64,000 nucleotides of DNA from Neophaeotheca triangularis (lineage: Eukaryota). Location of the stretch: NCBI GenBank assembly GCA_054600435.1, contig BAAIJX010000003.1:558001-622000 (forward strand), read 5' to 3'. A model generated the notes under the pieces. That model worked only from the letters and a program-made list of their open reading frames with translations, made no database searches and was not told the origin of the DNA. Within the stretch, counting starts at the first letter, position 1, and every line of letters starts with the position of its first letter. Of this stretch, positions 35,576 to 46,836 are shown in pieces. A program made the position numbers and the translations under genes.

Positions 35576-36171
35576 GATAGATGTACAAGTGGGATAAAGA
35601 AAGCTCGCGGAAGATGAATCAACGAGGAGACTTTTCGTTGAGCTAGCTTTAGCGTCACCTACCTTTGACAACACCTCGACACGTGAGGCAAGGAAGTTCA
35701 GTGGACTAGTTTTCAATGAAGCGAAATTGTGGCTTTTAAGTCGCTCACATACGGCAAAGGCTACGTTCACAGTTGTGATTCACGGCATCGAAGAGTTGGC
35801 CGTGAAGGAGGTGCAGTCACTGTAGTGTGAATGGTAAACTTTATTCCCAACTTGGCCTAGTCTATTGAGCTTGCGACGACCTCACCTTCGGTTGCTTTTC
35901 TCCAGTCGTGTCGAGTCGAGTCTACGGCTTCTAGACTTCCAGGTTGCCACAAATAGTATTGCATCCTGACCTTTCACACCTCTCAAACGACGCCTATCAT
36001 CTTGATTTCTGTCCCATATTGGACAACGCCAGTAATACTTCACGTCAGTGGTACATCTCACCGAAGTCAACCAAGAACCCTACTCACAACTCACAGAAAT
36101 CCTTGCCCATCGACAACACCACCTGATATAAAATAAAAACAAAGGCCGCCCAAAGCGAAAAGACCGCCAAA

Positions 36172-37488
36172 ATGGCGAGCGAAATGCAACGCAGACTTCA
36201 GATACTGTTCCCCGGCGTATCGAGGATCGTAACAGACATCAAGTCCATCGACATGAAGACCATCCAGGATATCCCCAACCGGCTGCAGCAGATGAACATG
36301 CGGGATACGCTCATGTTTCTGCAAAGGATCAACTTTCAAGGCATCATGCTTCTCTTTGTGGTGCTCGTCATCAGTTCCATGGTCTTGTACGCTCAGTTTT
36401 GGCCAGAGACGGAGAGGAAGGTCAGCAAGCGCGCAAACGAGAACGCCGCCCTGGGGAAGAGCTCCAGGCCTCTCGTGAAGCCTGGAGACCCTCCCATACC
36501 ACCGCCAACTGAAGTCGTCTCTCTCCGCGTCTACCCCATCAAATCATGCCGCGGTTTCGAAACCAACATGACCCGGCTGAGGAAAACCGGCCTCACCCTC
36601 GACCGCAACTGGATGTTCGTCGACGCCAAAACCAAGGAATTCCTCACCATCCGCGGCGACCCTTCCATGACCCTCATCGACACCAACATCATCGAAGAGC
36701 CAGCTGCAAGCGGCGAGCCCAAAGACGCAGAGCAAATGCTCCAAATCAGCATCCGCAACACCAAGACCGTAGTCACCATCCCGGCCTTCCCAACTGCCAC
36801 CTGGCTCTCGGAAAACACAACGCTCGAGACCGTCAACATTTGGGAAAAAGACACGGACGGGTACATCTACTCGGAAGCCATCAACGGCCCCTTCAGCGCC
36901 TTCTTCAACAAACCCGTCGCGCTCGTCTACAAGGGCCCAAGCCCCCGCAACATCGCCACCAACGGCCGCGAAGAGCTCTACGGCCAACCCCACGCCCACC
37001 TCTTCGCCGATGTCATGTCTCTGCAAATCGCCTCCGAGGCCAGCATCAAAGACCTTAACCGCCGCCTGCAGCACTCCCCCGACGATGTAGACGCCCTGAC
37101 CATCGAACGTTTCCGCCCCAACATCATTGTTCGCGGCCGCGACGACCACCCCTGGGAGGAGGACACGTGGAAGCGCGTGCGTCTGCTCACCAAGGTGCCC
37201 GCGCGCGAAGCCCTCTACAAGATTGATCTCGATGTCGTGGCTAGGTGCGCGCGCTGTCAGGTGCCGAATGTGAACCCCGAGACGGCGGAAAAGCACGCGA
37301 AGCAGCCTTGGGACGAGCTGATGAAGTTTCGCCGCGTTGACCAGGGTGGCGTGGCCAAGTATAAGCCGTGCTTTGGTATGCTTTGCGTGCCGAGGAATGA
37401 GGGGATTTTGAAGGTTGGAGCTACGTTGGAGGTGTTGGAGACGACGGATAAGCATAGTTACAACACTGTGCCTTTTAAGGATTTGTAG
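36172..37488 (+). CDS. MOSC-domain protein (mARC-like) with an N-terminal TM anchor
   Basis: Motifs LRVYPIKSCRG, DRNWM, RFRPNII, CARCQVPNVNPET and FGMLCVP, plus a hydrophobic segment near the N-terminus. Confidence 0.9.
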   Translation: MASEMQRRLQILFPGVSRIVTDIKSIDMKTIQDIPNRLQQMNMRDTLMFLQRINFQGIMLLFVVLVISSMVLYAQFWPETERKVSKRANENAALGKSSRPLVKPGDPPIPPPTEVVSLRVYPIKSCRGFETNMTRLRKTGLTLDRNWMFVDAKTKEFLTIRGDPSMTLIDTNIIEEPAASGEPKDAEQMLQISIRNTKTVVTIPAFPTATWLSENTTLETVNIWEKDTDGYIYSEAINGPFSAFFNKPVALVYKGPSPRNIATNGREELYGQPHAHLFADVMSLQIASEASIKDLNRRLQHSPDDVDALTIERFRPNIIVRGRDDHPWEEDTWKRVRLLTKVPAREALYKIDLDVVARCARCQVPNVNPETAEKHAKQPWDELMKFRRVDQGGVAKYKPCFGMLCVPRNEGILKVGATLEVLETTDKHSYNTVPFKDL

Positions 37489-37918
37489 GTTGGTGGTAGG
37501 TTGTACTTTGATTGGGTGTGAGGGGTGTATAGTAGAAGAACGACCTATGCAACGAGCAACGTAGGGATCTGGGGTGTAACTTCTTCTCAGCAAAGATGTC
37601 ATTCGTAAAAATGCCCGCAAAGCAGCACGTGTCTTTCTTGATCTAATCTACCATGGCCATGTCGCTACTAGTGCTCATCAAGCAAAACCCACGCTCAGTA
37701 TGCAAGTTCCCTCTCCCTCACAGAAATGAACGCCAGTATGCTCCCTAGTTCAATCGTCATCAAAGCCCGCAACCGTGACCCTACCCCATCATCAGCTGTA
37801 ATCGCATGTAGGCATCGATCTCGTATGTGTGTATGTGCAAATCGCCCTGCACTCCCGCCATCTCCTACCAGCCACACCAACTGTCCCACAGCCTTCCCCT
37901 CCTAGCAAAAAACCCTCT

Positions 37919-38547
37919 CTACTGAATAACCCTCTCAAAGCTCTCCCCCTTCACCGAACCCCCAGCCATAGCACTCCTAACATTCCTCCTAAACCTCTCG
38001 CGATCACTAGCCAAATCATTCGCGGCCTCCTTATTCAAAGGATCACTAGCATTGGGCTCGAGAAACAAAAACTGCAGCCCGACAATGACGGCGTTGAGGT
38101 TGAGCACGGGTTTCCAGTCCTCGCGCAGAATGTTGAGGCACACGTTGCCCTCGAGGTCGATGTTTGGGTGGTAGATTTTCTGCACGCACTTCACTTTTGG
38201 CGGCTCGTGCGGGAAGTTTTGGCTGATGCTGAAGGTGAAGGTGAAGGTGCCGGATTTGTAGAGACCTTCGTCTGGGGTTAGGTGGAGGGTAAAGTTGAGG
38301 ATGTCGTCGGGGTTTGGGAAGGTGGTGGTCATGGTGCTGCCGAGGGAGAGTTCGGAGAGGTCTGTGATTTGGGGGGTTTGGGGGTTTAGTTTGGAGCGCT
38401 TGAGGGCTTGTTAGTGGGTTGGGGTGACGGGGACTGACCTTTCTGGACTCGTAATTGGGCCGCCGTGACTTTCTTCTTCTTCGCTTGGCCGCCTTGTGCT
38501 TGCTCATTCTTTTGCTGTTGCTGCTTCATGCTCCATATCTTCAGCAT
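37919..38547 (-). CDS. UBC12: NEDD8-conjugating enzyme Ubc12; exons 38547-38439, 38361-37919
   Basis: MLKIWSMK N-terminus, KKVTAAQLRVQKDLSEL and HPNIDLEGNVCLNILREDWKPVL (catalytic Cys). Confidence 0.95.
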
Positions 38548-39255
38548 CTTGACTGTGTTGTTGTGCGCAAAGGAACGGCTGGATGGTCGGATGTGGGTGT
38601 AGGCTGAAGCGAAGACGGGCGTTTGTCTGGCGCTGGTGGGTTGTGGCTCTGATGGTACAGGCTACTGGAGAGTATTTGTGGGCGAAGACGGCGAGAGAAG
38701 AAATTGAGTTGGGTTGTCGGCTATGAAGTGTCTGGGTGGCACGATCCGTCAGCTAGATAGATGCTGGTTGCAAGTGTCATCAAGGGCAGCAGTGATGAAG
38801 GTGTTTGTACATAGGCAATTATCATCCGGCCTCGGCGCAACCGCGCGCGCTATCACGTGCGCAAAGTAGATAAGCTATCGGCTTAAGCAATCAAACAAAC
38901 CAGAGGCACCTGAGGTACTGCCGTTGAACATCAAGCGTATTACGGACCGTCGCTTGTCAAGACAAAGGACAAGGAAATATCGTTGTCTGGCTATGAAACT
39001 AGTCGTGTCAACAAACGCCTCATTGAATCACGCACTCCATAATCGCCTCATAGGTCGAAGGAGCGACAGAGGCACACTGTTCATCGAACCGTTTGACCGA
39101 GCCCATTCCCACTCCAAAGAAAACCCCTTGCCGACCCATTACGCCGCAAAAACCTCCCTCGAATGACTATCGTATCAATCTTGTACCACTACCTTTCCTC
39201 GCCCACTCAGCCTCCTTTCCGGACGTCGCTGTCCCATCTCGCTCGTTGTTTGACT

Positions 39256-42200
39256 CTATGGGGAAGCAATGGTCTCCTGGTCGCTAGCGTCCAAAATGTC
39301 GTACTCCTCATCCGTCAAGAAGCCGTCGTCCTCGCTGTCCTCGCCATCGGCAGACAAGACCTCAAGGTCGTCAGTCAGATCCTCGAAACCCATCTCCGAA
39401 GCAGGGGTCTGAGGAACGCTGGCAGCGACAGCGGCAGCGACTGGAGCAGCAACAGCAGCGCCAGCAACGGCAGCAGTAGCAGCGGAGTTCTCCATCTTAC
39501 CGCCCTCTGACTCAACAGTCGCGACCTTACCCTTACCAGCAACGTCGGCCGAAGACGACGAAGCAGACTGGTAAGTGCTGGACGCCGGGCTCTCCTTGTC
39601 CAGGCGAGGAAAGATCATCTGGCTGGTCTCGATACCGCTCTTGCTATCCTCGAGCTTCTGCTCTTTGCTCGCCTCTTCAATGATCTTCTTCACCTTGGCG
39701 GCATCTTCCGCGCTCTTACGCTCGGCGGCCTCCACCTTACTCTTGGCGGCGCCGCTGTCGCGAGTCTCCTCCATGGCCTTAGCCTTGGCCTCGCGTGCCT
39801 TCATAATCTTGCTCTTGATAGCTTCGACGCGAAGCTTCGCCGCTTCCTTGCGCTCGAGGGAGGCGGCGTCGAGGCGCATCTTGTGCATGTCGACGGAGTT
39901 CGAGCCTGTCGGGCTGTTGCTGAGGGACATAGGGCGGAACGGTGAGGGGAACCCAGAGCGTCCGTCTTCAGAGCTGCCATCCTGCCGAGCTTTCATGCCG
40001 TACATGTTCGCATACCACTGGTCACGTAAGGCCTGGGGAACGGGCGGAACTGAGTAGAGGGGACGTTGAGGGCAAGCTGGCGCCCCAGCGGAAGGGACGC
40101 CCGAGAATTGCGCAGACTGGTTGGGCTGGTTGAATGGGCTGTGCGTCCCAGAGTGAGCTGCAAGACTCTGCTGTTGAGCCTGCTGCTGAGCCTGCTGTTG
40201 CTGGAACTGACGAGCCTGGATCTGCTGCAGACGAGCCTCCTGTTGCATAGCAAGGGAGGCAGCTTGCTGCGATCGTATAGTCTCCAGACGAGCGTGAGAA
40301 GAAGCGTAGGCTTGTCCGTAAGGGGACAGCCTGGAGGGCGCACTCTGCACCTGCTCGCTCGCCGTCTCGGGGGTTGCTCCCTCAGCCTGCTTGACCTCAA
40401 TATCGACCCACAACTTGTGACCGAAAGATGTACCGTCGGCGGCTTTGAGGTGCCAGTAGCTGATAGCTTTACCCTGGCGGACAGGAGCCTTCAAGACGAC
40501 CTTGAAGGCGATCATCTCACCAACACCCACCTCGCGCCCACAGACGTTCGATTCAGCGGCGTTGGCAATGTCTGATACAGAAGCTGGGTGGGTGTTGTCA
40601 ACGTTGAGCATGTTGTCACCGCCGACGTAGCGAACGCTGCACCCGGCAGGCCAAACAGCGGGTCCCGGGTTGACCAAAGTCCAGATCTGGGTGAAGACGT
40701 TGGCAGGATTGAGCACGGAGCCATCCTTGACCGTGTCGTGGACGAAGTGGGCATCAAGCACAGTAGTCGGTATACCCGACCTCTGCTCCTGAGCCTTCTT
40801 ATCGAATGGACGAACAGGGATTGGCTGAGGCTTTGCCTCCGTTGGCTTGAAGTCAGCGACGGTCTGGACCTGAGTAGCCGCGTTGTCCTTCTCAGTCGGA
40901 GTAGTATCAGTAGAGGTACTCTTGATCTCAACCTTGTCTGACTGAGCGCGCTTGTCGCCTAGAGTGCGGACTCTTCCACTCGGCTCCTGGTTCATGGTGT
41001 TGATGGTTACGCCATGGACAGGGGTCTTGAACTTGATGAGAGGGTGGGTACGGTTGTGGTGGTTTGTCGGCAGCGCCTCGCAGCTGGCGCAGAAGTCGGT
41101 GTCGTGGCACACAGCACACTTGTAGCGGATACCCCTAATGTAGGTCTGGTCCTTGTCGACGCACAGAGGGCCGTCGCAGTAGATGCCGGCGTGCGTGGGA
41201 GTAGCAACACGCATGTCGGGAAGCGGGGTGTAAATGGCAGCGAAGCGGTGGCGCGGGTGGACACTCGGGGCGCGGTTGATACAGCCGTTGCACAAGTCCC
41301 AGTCGGGGCAGTCAAGGCACTTGTGGCGAACGCCTATGATGCTCTTGTCGCAAGCGTCGCAAATAGCGTTGTGGCGGGCATTGCGGCCTGGTGAAAGCAT
41401 GTCCGTAGCCTTGATGGACAAAACAGTCGTATCCGTCGCTGGCTTGAAGCCGTGGGCAGGGTGGTGGCCATGCAAGTTGTTAGCGTGACATGGGATGCAC
41501 AGATCGTAGTCGGCACAATCCTCGCAGGTCACGAATGCGTTCTCTGGCAGTACTATGACACAGCAATTGCAGGTGCGGGTAGGTTGAGCCGGTACGAACT
41601 TCTCATCCTTGAAAGCACCTGGGATCGAGTGCATGTCTCTCTCCTCCGGGGTGGGTGCGCGAAACTTGGGTGGCAGACGCTCGGTAGTGCTGCTGATGAT
41701 ATTGCCCTCCTTGAAAACGCGCTTAATGAGCCAGTGGCCTTCACCGGGGCAGAGCTTTCCGCCTGTAACACATTCCTCGCACAAGTCGTAGTCGCCGTCG
41801 TCACAGATGCTGCAGTGGTAATGGGCATTGTTGACCATCTTGTCACAGGAGTTGCAGTAGACAGACCAGGCGTGGCCGGGCCTGTGACACTGGCTCTCGG
41901 CAGCTTTTGTACGGACAGGAAGGCTCGTCTCGTTTCCGAGACCGAAAGGCCCCTTGGACCCGAAGACGGGGCCGCCGGAACCGGAACCGGTGAAGAACTC
42001 TGAATATGTGTTAGTAACTTCAACCTTGTCGCTTACACCTCCAGTGATCTTACCAGACTTGGTAGTAGAGAAAGGACGTGGGACAGGCGCCTCATCGTCG
42101 ACCAGCGTCTGCTCGCTAGCTCTAGCCTCACGGAACTGGAAGATGCCACTACCGACCGACTTGCCGTCAGAGGCCTTGGACCCGCGCTGGGCGTTCTTTT

Positions 42201-42782
42201 GATGAACGGGAGTTTGCACAATGATGGGCTCCATCTTGTTCTTTGCAGCGATCTCCTCAAGCGTCTGTTCTTTCTTGCTGTTCGTAGTAGTCTCGTTGAT
42301 GATCTCGTCGAGAGCTTCGTTCGTGGCAGCCTCCACGGCAGGATCCGGGGTGACAGTAGCCTTGAGCCTCAGCTTTAGCTTTGCTTTGGCGGCGCGGTTG
42401 AGAGTCTTGAAGACTTGTGGGTTGGAAGGATCGAGAGTGATGTAGCCGCCGGCGGAGTCGGAGAAGCGTTCGAAGGTGACCTTCTGCTCTGGCTTGATGC
42501 TTAGAGCGGAGCGGAGCTGTAACACATGGTTAGCAAGGGCGTTTCACTTCACTCACGTACGAGCGTCGTACTGCTGGCCAGTGAAGCAGTGGCTTGCAAG
42601 GCTGGTATGAGGCTGAGGTGAGGCGGTCAAGCCGGTGTGTAACATACCTTATCAGGCAGCACCGTAGCGCCGAGGTCCCTGAGCGGAAGCTTGAGCTTCT
42701 TGACGCTCTCGTTGAGCGAGACTTTGATGGTGATGAGCGTGTCCTGGGGGACAGTGCTCGTGGTGGCGCTTGGGGCAGCCAT
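39256..42782 (-). CDS. NBR1: Nbr1-like selective autophagy receptor (PB1-like, 4 ZZ zinc fingers, FW domain, C-terminal AIM); exons 42782-42648, 42516-42054, 41999-39256
   Basis: N-terminal ITIKV...KKLKLPLRDL; four CxxC ZZ repeats with D(Y/W)DLC; FW domain (HFVHDTVKDG...FTQIWTLVNPG..WP...YWHL...FGHKLW); acidic C-terminus EEYDILDASD. Confidence 0.85.
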
Positions 42783-44155
42783 GTTGTCGATGATGGTGAA
42801 GTGTGTGAAGGTGAGAGGGAGAGAGTTGTGGTAGAAGAGCTACCGGCTCAGGTAGGCTGAAGGCGGTAGGTGATGACGCACGGCGGCGAGCGGTAAGGTA
42901 AGCTTCCGATGGCTATCGGCGCCGTTGAAGAGTTGCTTGCCTTTACCTCGCAAGCAATGGTAAAGAGGAGGAAGTTGGTGTTGGCGCTCAGAGGCTAGAA
43001 AGAAGATGTGATGAAAGAAGAGAGAGGTGGGTGGAGGGTGTAAGGTAAGGTAGCAGAGCAAGAGGAGGTAGGTAGCGAAGGTGGGCTGCGACATGGAGAA
43101 AGCTGGGGGTGGTCCGTGCGCCCAGCTGGTTCACTTTGGAATCCATGTGATGCTCGCTTACATTCACCGGATTCACCGGTTGTAGGTAGTAGGTAAGGTA
43201 CTTGGAGGTAATAAGAGTCGTCGAAACACTTGAAATGAGGTAACACAGTCATCTCGTACGACATGAGATTCAATAGGTAACGATTACAGCATGAATTCCA
43301 TTTCAATAAATTACACGAAGCGATACGGTATCATCAGCACAAAGATAATCGCAACAAACGGCCAGCTACCTCTCCTCCCTTCCTTCAGGACCCGAAAGAA
43401 AAAAGAAGAAAAAAAGACTTCGACCAGAACGCCTGCTCTCACTTTCCCTATCTAGCCAAGCAAGGCGATTCGCAAAAGACAAAAGGAACAATCGTGTCCA
43501 AAAAGGTGTTCTCCAAAACGCTCGCTCACAACGCCTTGCTCGCTCCAAAAGCAGTGTTGAATCGCGGACTGAGTAAGCACAATTGGCTGGACGGTAGCTG
43601 CCTTCGCTTCGCAATCGAATGACTTCTTCTTCTCCCGCTGTACCTGATGGCGTGTCGCGGGGGGAACCGCTGTAGCGGTTCAATCCTCTGTTACGTCCAG
43701 GTAGTATACGACGCTTCGGAGAAGCCATCATACGCCATAGAGTCTAGACATGTTTGGCCAACCACCCAATCCGAGAGCCGTCGAGCATCCGTAATGCGAC
43801 GCTGCAAAACTCCAGCGTGTCGGGAACACATCATCCCAAGCACCTTGCAACAGGATGAGCAGGAAGCTGCATAATGCATGTTGTGGTGTTTCCTGCCGTT
43901 GTCCCATCGCCGATGAACGTGCCAGTCATAATTACACCTTGGTCAAAGGAATTCATCGCGACGACTTGATGAGCAGCCAGATCATGAGTTTATCATGGCG
44001 TGCCGTTTGGATGCACAGGGAGAACACGTCAGGCGCCGGCTTTCGTTAGCCTTTGCTACCTTCCCTCCATGATCCACAGGTGCTTTTAGTGAATGGAAGG
44101 AATCGGTTCTTTTAAAAAGGCTCAATGCAGCCGGGTTCCCGCCCTTGTCTGTCGT

Positions 44156-46369
44156 CTACTGCCCGGTGGTCTGCTGTTGCTGGTGCGGAGGATACCACAT
44201 CCCGCTGGCATCCATTCCTGGCTGCGGCGCACCGTAGTAAAATCCCATGTCTTGAACAGGCGGTGGCGCCATTTGCCCTGCATAGGCAGCGTACGAGGGC
44301 ACAAAGCTCTCCGCCGGCTGGTAGCTTTCCGCTCCCTGACCTTGCTGTTGTGCTTGCTCGGCCGGAAGATAGAAAACCATGCCGTTGCTTTCGTGAGCAA
44401 CCATGCCAGATTGCGGGTTCTTCTGACCGTGGTGGGGGGTGTTTGTTTGTTCAGGGGATTTGCGGGGCGTTGGCGGCTGTTGTTCATGGGTCATCATAGG
44501 ATAGCTTGGTTGGTGGGGATAGAAAGGCATCTGACCATAGCCGTTTGGCGCGGGTACAGATTCGGGCGGATAGTAGTAGCCTGGCGGCTGCTGGTATGGA
44601 GGATAGTAAGATTGCGCTTGTCCATAGCCCGTGTTCATGTTGGGTGAGAATACGGGGGCTTGGGCGCTCGCTTCGGGTATGCCTGACAGTGGTGTGCTGT
44701 GTTGCTGGTATGGGTACTGCAGGGGCTGCCGAGGGGAGTAGTAAGCGCTTTGTGAAGCTGCATAACTTGATTGCTCGCTCATATGGGGCGGTAGTTGATT
44801 CGCAAACGGCTGCTGATCTTGGCTTGCTTGCTGCAGTACCGCGGGTTGTTCAATGCCCGACACTGATATTGTCTTCTGCGGTCGAGGCTGGTGGACGGCA
44901 GTTGCTGGTGTACCTTGATAGTGCGCCTCTTGCGGCAGCGGGTATGTAAAAATCTGCGGCATTGCGTGAGGAGTGTTGTGTCCTGACAGTTGACCAGCTG
45001 GCGAAGCAGTGGCAGAATAGTACGGTACACCACCAGGTACTTGCATGGGTCTGTTTGGCGGCATAAAGCCGCTGTAGTGCGATCCGGTGGGCGAGAATGC
45101 GCTTTCTCTGGACACTTCTCTAGCCAACGACGACCGTCGACTGGGCGCGACACTTGCGGAATACACGCTGCCGCCGAATACACTGTTGCGGCGGCTGTTA
45201 TAGCCATACGAGCCCGCATGTCGAGGAAACGGACCTCGACCAATGTTTGGCTGGCTAGTCCTGTTTTGCCTAGGAATGAAGATGAAGGAGCGCTCCTGCG
45301 ATGGAAATATGTAACGTGGCGGCCGCTCGGGAAGGGATACTCGAACCGGTTTGTCCCTCCTCAAAGGTGCACGGTGCTCCGGGAGTCGCACGTGTCTCTT
45401 CACGGGCACATCAGAGTAGACGATCGGTTCTTTGATTCCAGGGAAAGCGACACGTATCGGTGCTTTGCCAACAAGCACAGTGGTAGAGAAAGATAGTCTG
45501 CGAGGCGCTGCTTGCGCGGAAGCTGTCCCGAAAAGCCGCGCCGAATTGGACTCCTCTTGTGTCAAATTTGCCTGCTCTTTCTGCGCCTGAGAATTATCCT
45601 CATTGATTGTGTCGTGTAGATCATGGCTCCACGGCTGCTCCGCAGTCTTATCTGGTTGCGCCATTTGACGGCCCTGTGGAAAGCCTCCGCCAAATACTGG
45701 CCCGCCTCTACCTCGCCCTCTTCCCGGTCCAGCATGGAACATGTCGTTTCGGGCATCCGCATTCGCACGCGTGTCGTGCATGTAGAAACTGCCACGGTTT
45801 GGGACAAAGGTTGGGTCTGTGTCACGCTTACGGCGATACTCTTGATGATCCTGACGCTGGCGCTGAAGAACGGCTCGAGCGGGGTCGCCGTTGGTCGGGG
45901 CAGGAGTGGATGCAACAACACTAGTAAGACCCGCCCAGTTGTTCAAACTTTCAAAGTCTACTGTCTCCTGCGCTTCGTCGTCGATATTCAAACCTTTCAT
46001 CATGGCTTCGGTATCGGCGGCCGGCTTGAAGTTGTTTTTGCTTCCTGATGGCTGAGTCGGCTGCTGTGACTCCTGCGCATCATCTGCCCTTTTAGCTCCC
46101 TTCCTTGTTCCGTGCTGTGCCCTTCCTCTCATTGCCTCAGGCGCATCGCCGTTGCCATTCGCCACTCTCCCGCTAGACCCAGCTGTCCCTGATCTTTCTG
46201 TTGCCGCCACGCTACTGGCATCGGCATCCTCCTCCTCCTCGTCGGCGTCCGTCAAAATCGAGCCTTCACTCTGGGAGTCTGTCGCCACATCCGAGCCCTC
46301 GTCCTCCCCCTCGTCGTCGTCGCGCCTTCGCCGGCTAACCAGCGATTTGAGCGAGCGTCCTGCCGCCAT
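44156..46369 (-). CDS. Btz/CASC3 (eIF4AIII-binding) domain protein, exon junction complex-associated
   Basis: 737-aa ORF with DPTFVPNRGSFYMHDTR...RGRGRGG...WSHDLH and a P/Q/Y-rich C-terminus. Confidence 0.8.
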   Translation of the reverse strand: MAAGRSLKSLVSRRRRDDDEGEDEGSDVATDSQSEGSILTDADEEEEDADASSVAATERSGTAGSSGRVANGNGDAPEAMRGRAQHGTRKGAKRADDAQESQQPTQPSGSKNNFKPAADTEAMMKGLNIDDEAQETVDFESLNNWAGLTSVVASTPAPTNGDPARAVLQRQRQDHQEYRRKRDTDPTFVPNRGSFYMHDTRANADARNDMFHAGPGRGRGRGGPVFGGGFPQGRQMAQPDKTAEQPWSHDLHDTINEDNSQAQKEQANLTQEESNSARLFGTASAQAAPRRLSFSTTVLVGKAPIRVAFPGIKEPIVYSDVPVKRHVRLPEHRAPLRRDKPVRVSLPERPPRYIFPSQERSFIFIPRQNRTSQPNIGRGPFPRHAGSYGYNSRRNSVFGGSVYSASVAPSRRSSLAREVSRESAFSPTGSHYSGFMPPNRPMQVPGGVPYYSATASPAGQLSGHNTPHAMPQIFTYPLPQEAHYQGTPATAVHQPRPQKTISVSGIEQPAVLQQASQDQQPFANQLPPHMSEQSSYAASQSAYYSPRQPLQYPYQQHSTPLSGIPEASAQAPVFSPNMNTGYGQAQSYYPPYQQPPGYYYPPESVPAPNGYGQMPFYPHQPSYPMMTHEQQPPTPRKSPEQTNTPHHGQKNPQSGMVAHESNGMVFYLPAEQAQQQGQGAESYQPAESFVPSYAAYAGQMAPPPVQDMGFYYGAPQPGMDASGMWYPPHQQQQTTGQ

Positions 46370-46836
46370 GGTTCAAACGCGTGTCTAGACTCGTAGAGCG
46401 ATAAGTTGCGCAAGATAAACGGGTAGAAATGGGAGGCTAGATGACGTCCCAAGGGTTACGTCGCCCAGCAGCGTCTGCCTAGACAGCGGGCAACTCGAGT
46501 CATGACAAGCCTCGGGATCAACGCACTGAGGGTGCTGTAGTTGTGGATGTTATGTGCGCGATGGTTGTCCGTCGACGAGAGAGCGAGGCGCGTGATGGGA
46601 AACACGGAGGAAGTGACGGCGTTCAAATGACGTTCAGATGTATGTCTTGCCTGGGTGCAGCTGCCTCGAGGTCGGGGGGCACTTCGGCAATCTACTTGAG
46701 CCCCACCAAAGCCCAAACATTCGCGTCTTCCACCAACGCGTAATACGGGTACTGGTAGTTTGTTGAGTGCTGTACTATATAGCTCACGGTGGGTGCATTT
46801 CGCGCCGACAACAATGCGCCGTCGCATTCAACAGGC

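Noticed and set aside
36544..37620. 358-aa antisense ORF over the MOSC gene
   Set aside because: Shadow frame of a GC3-rich gene, with no protein-like features.
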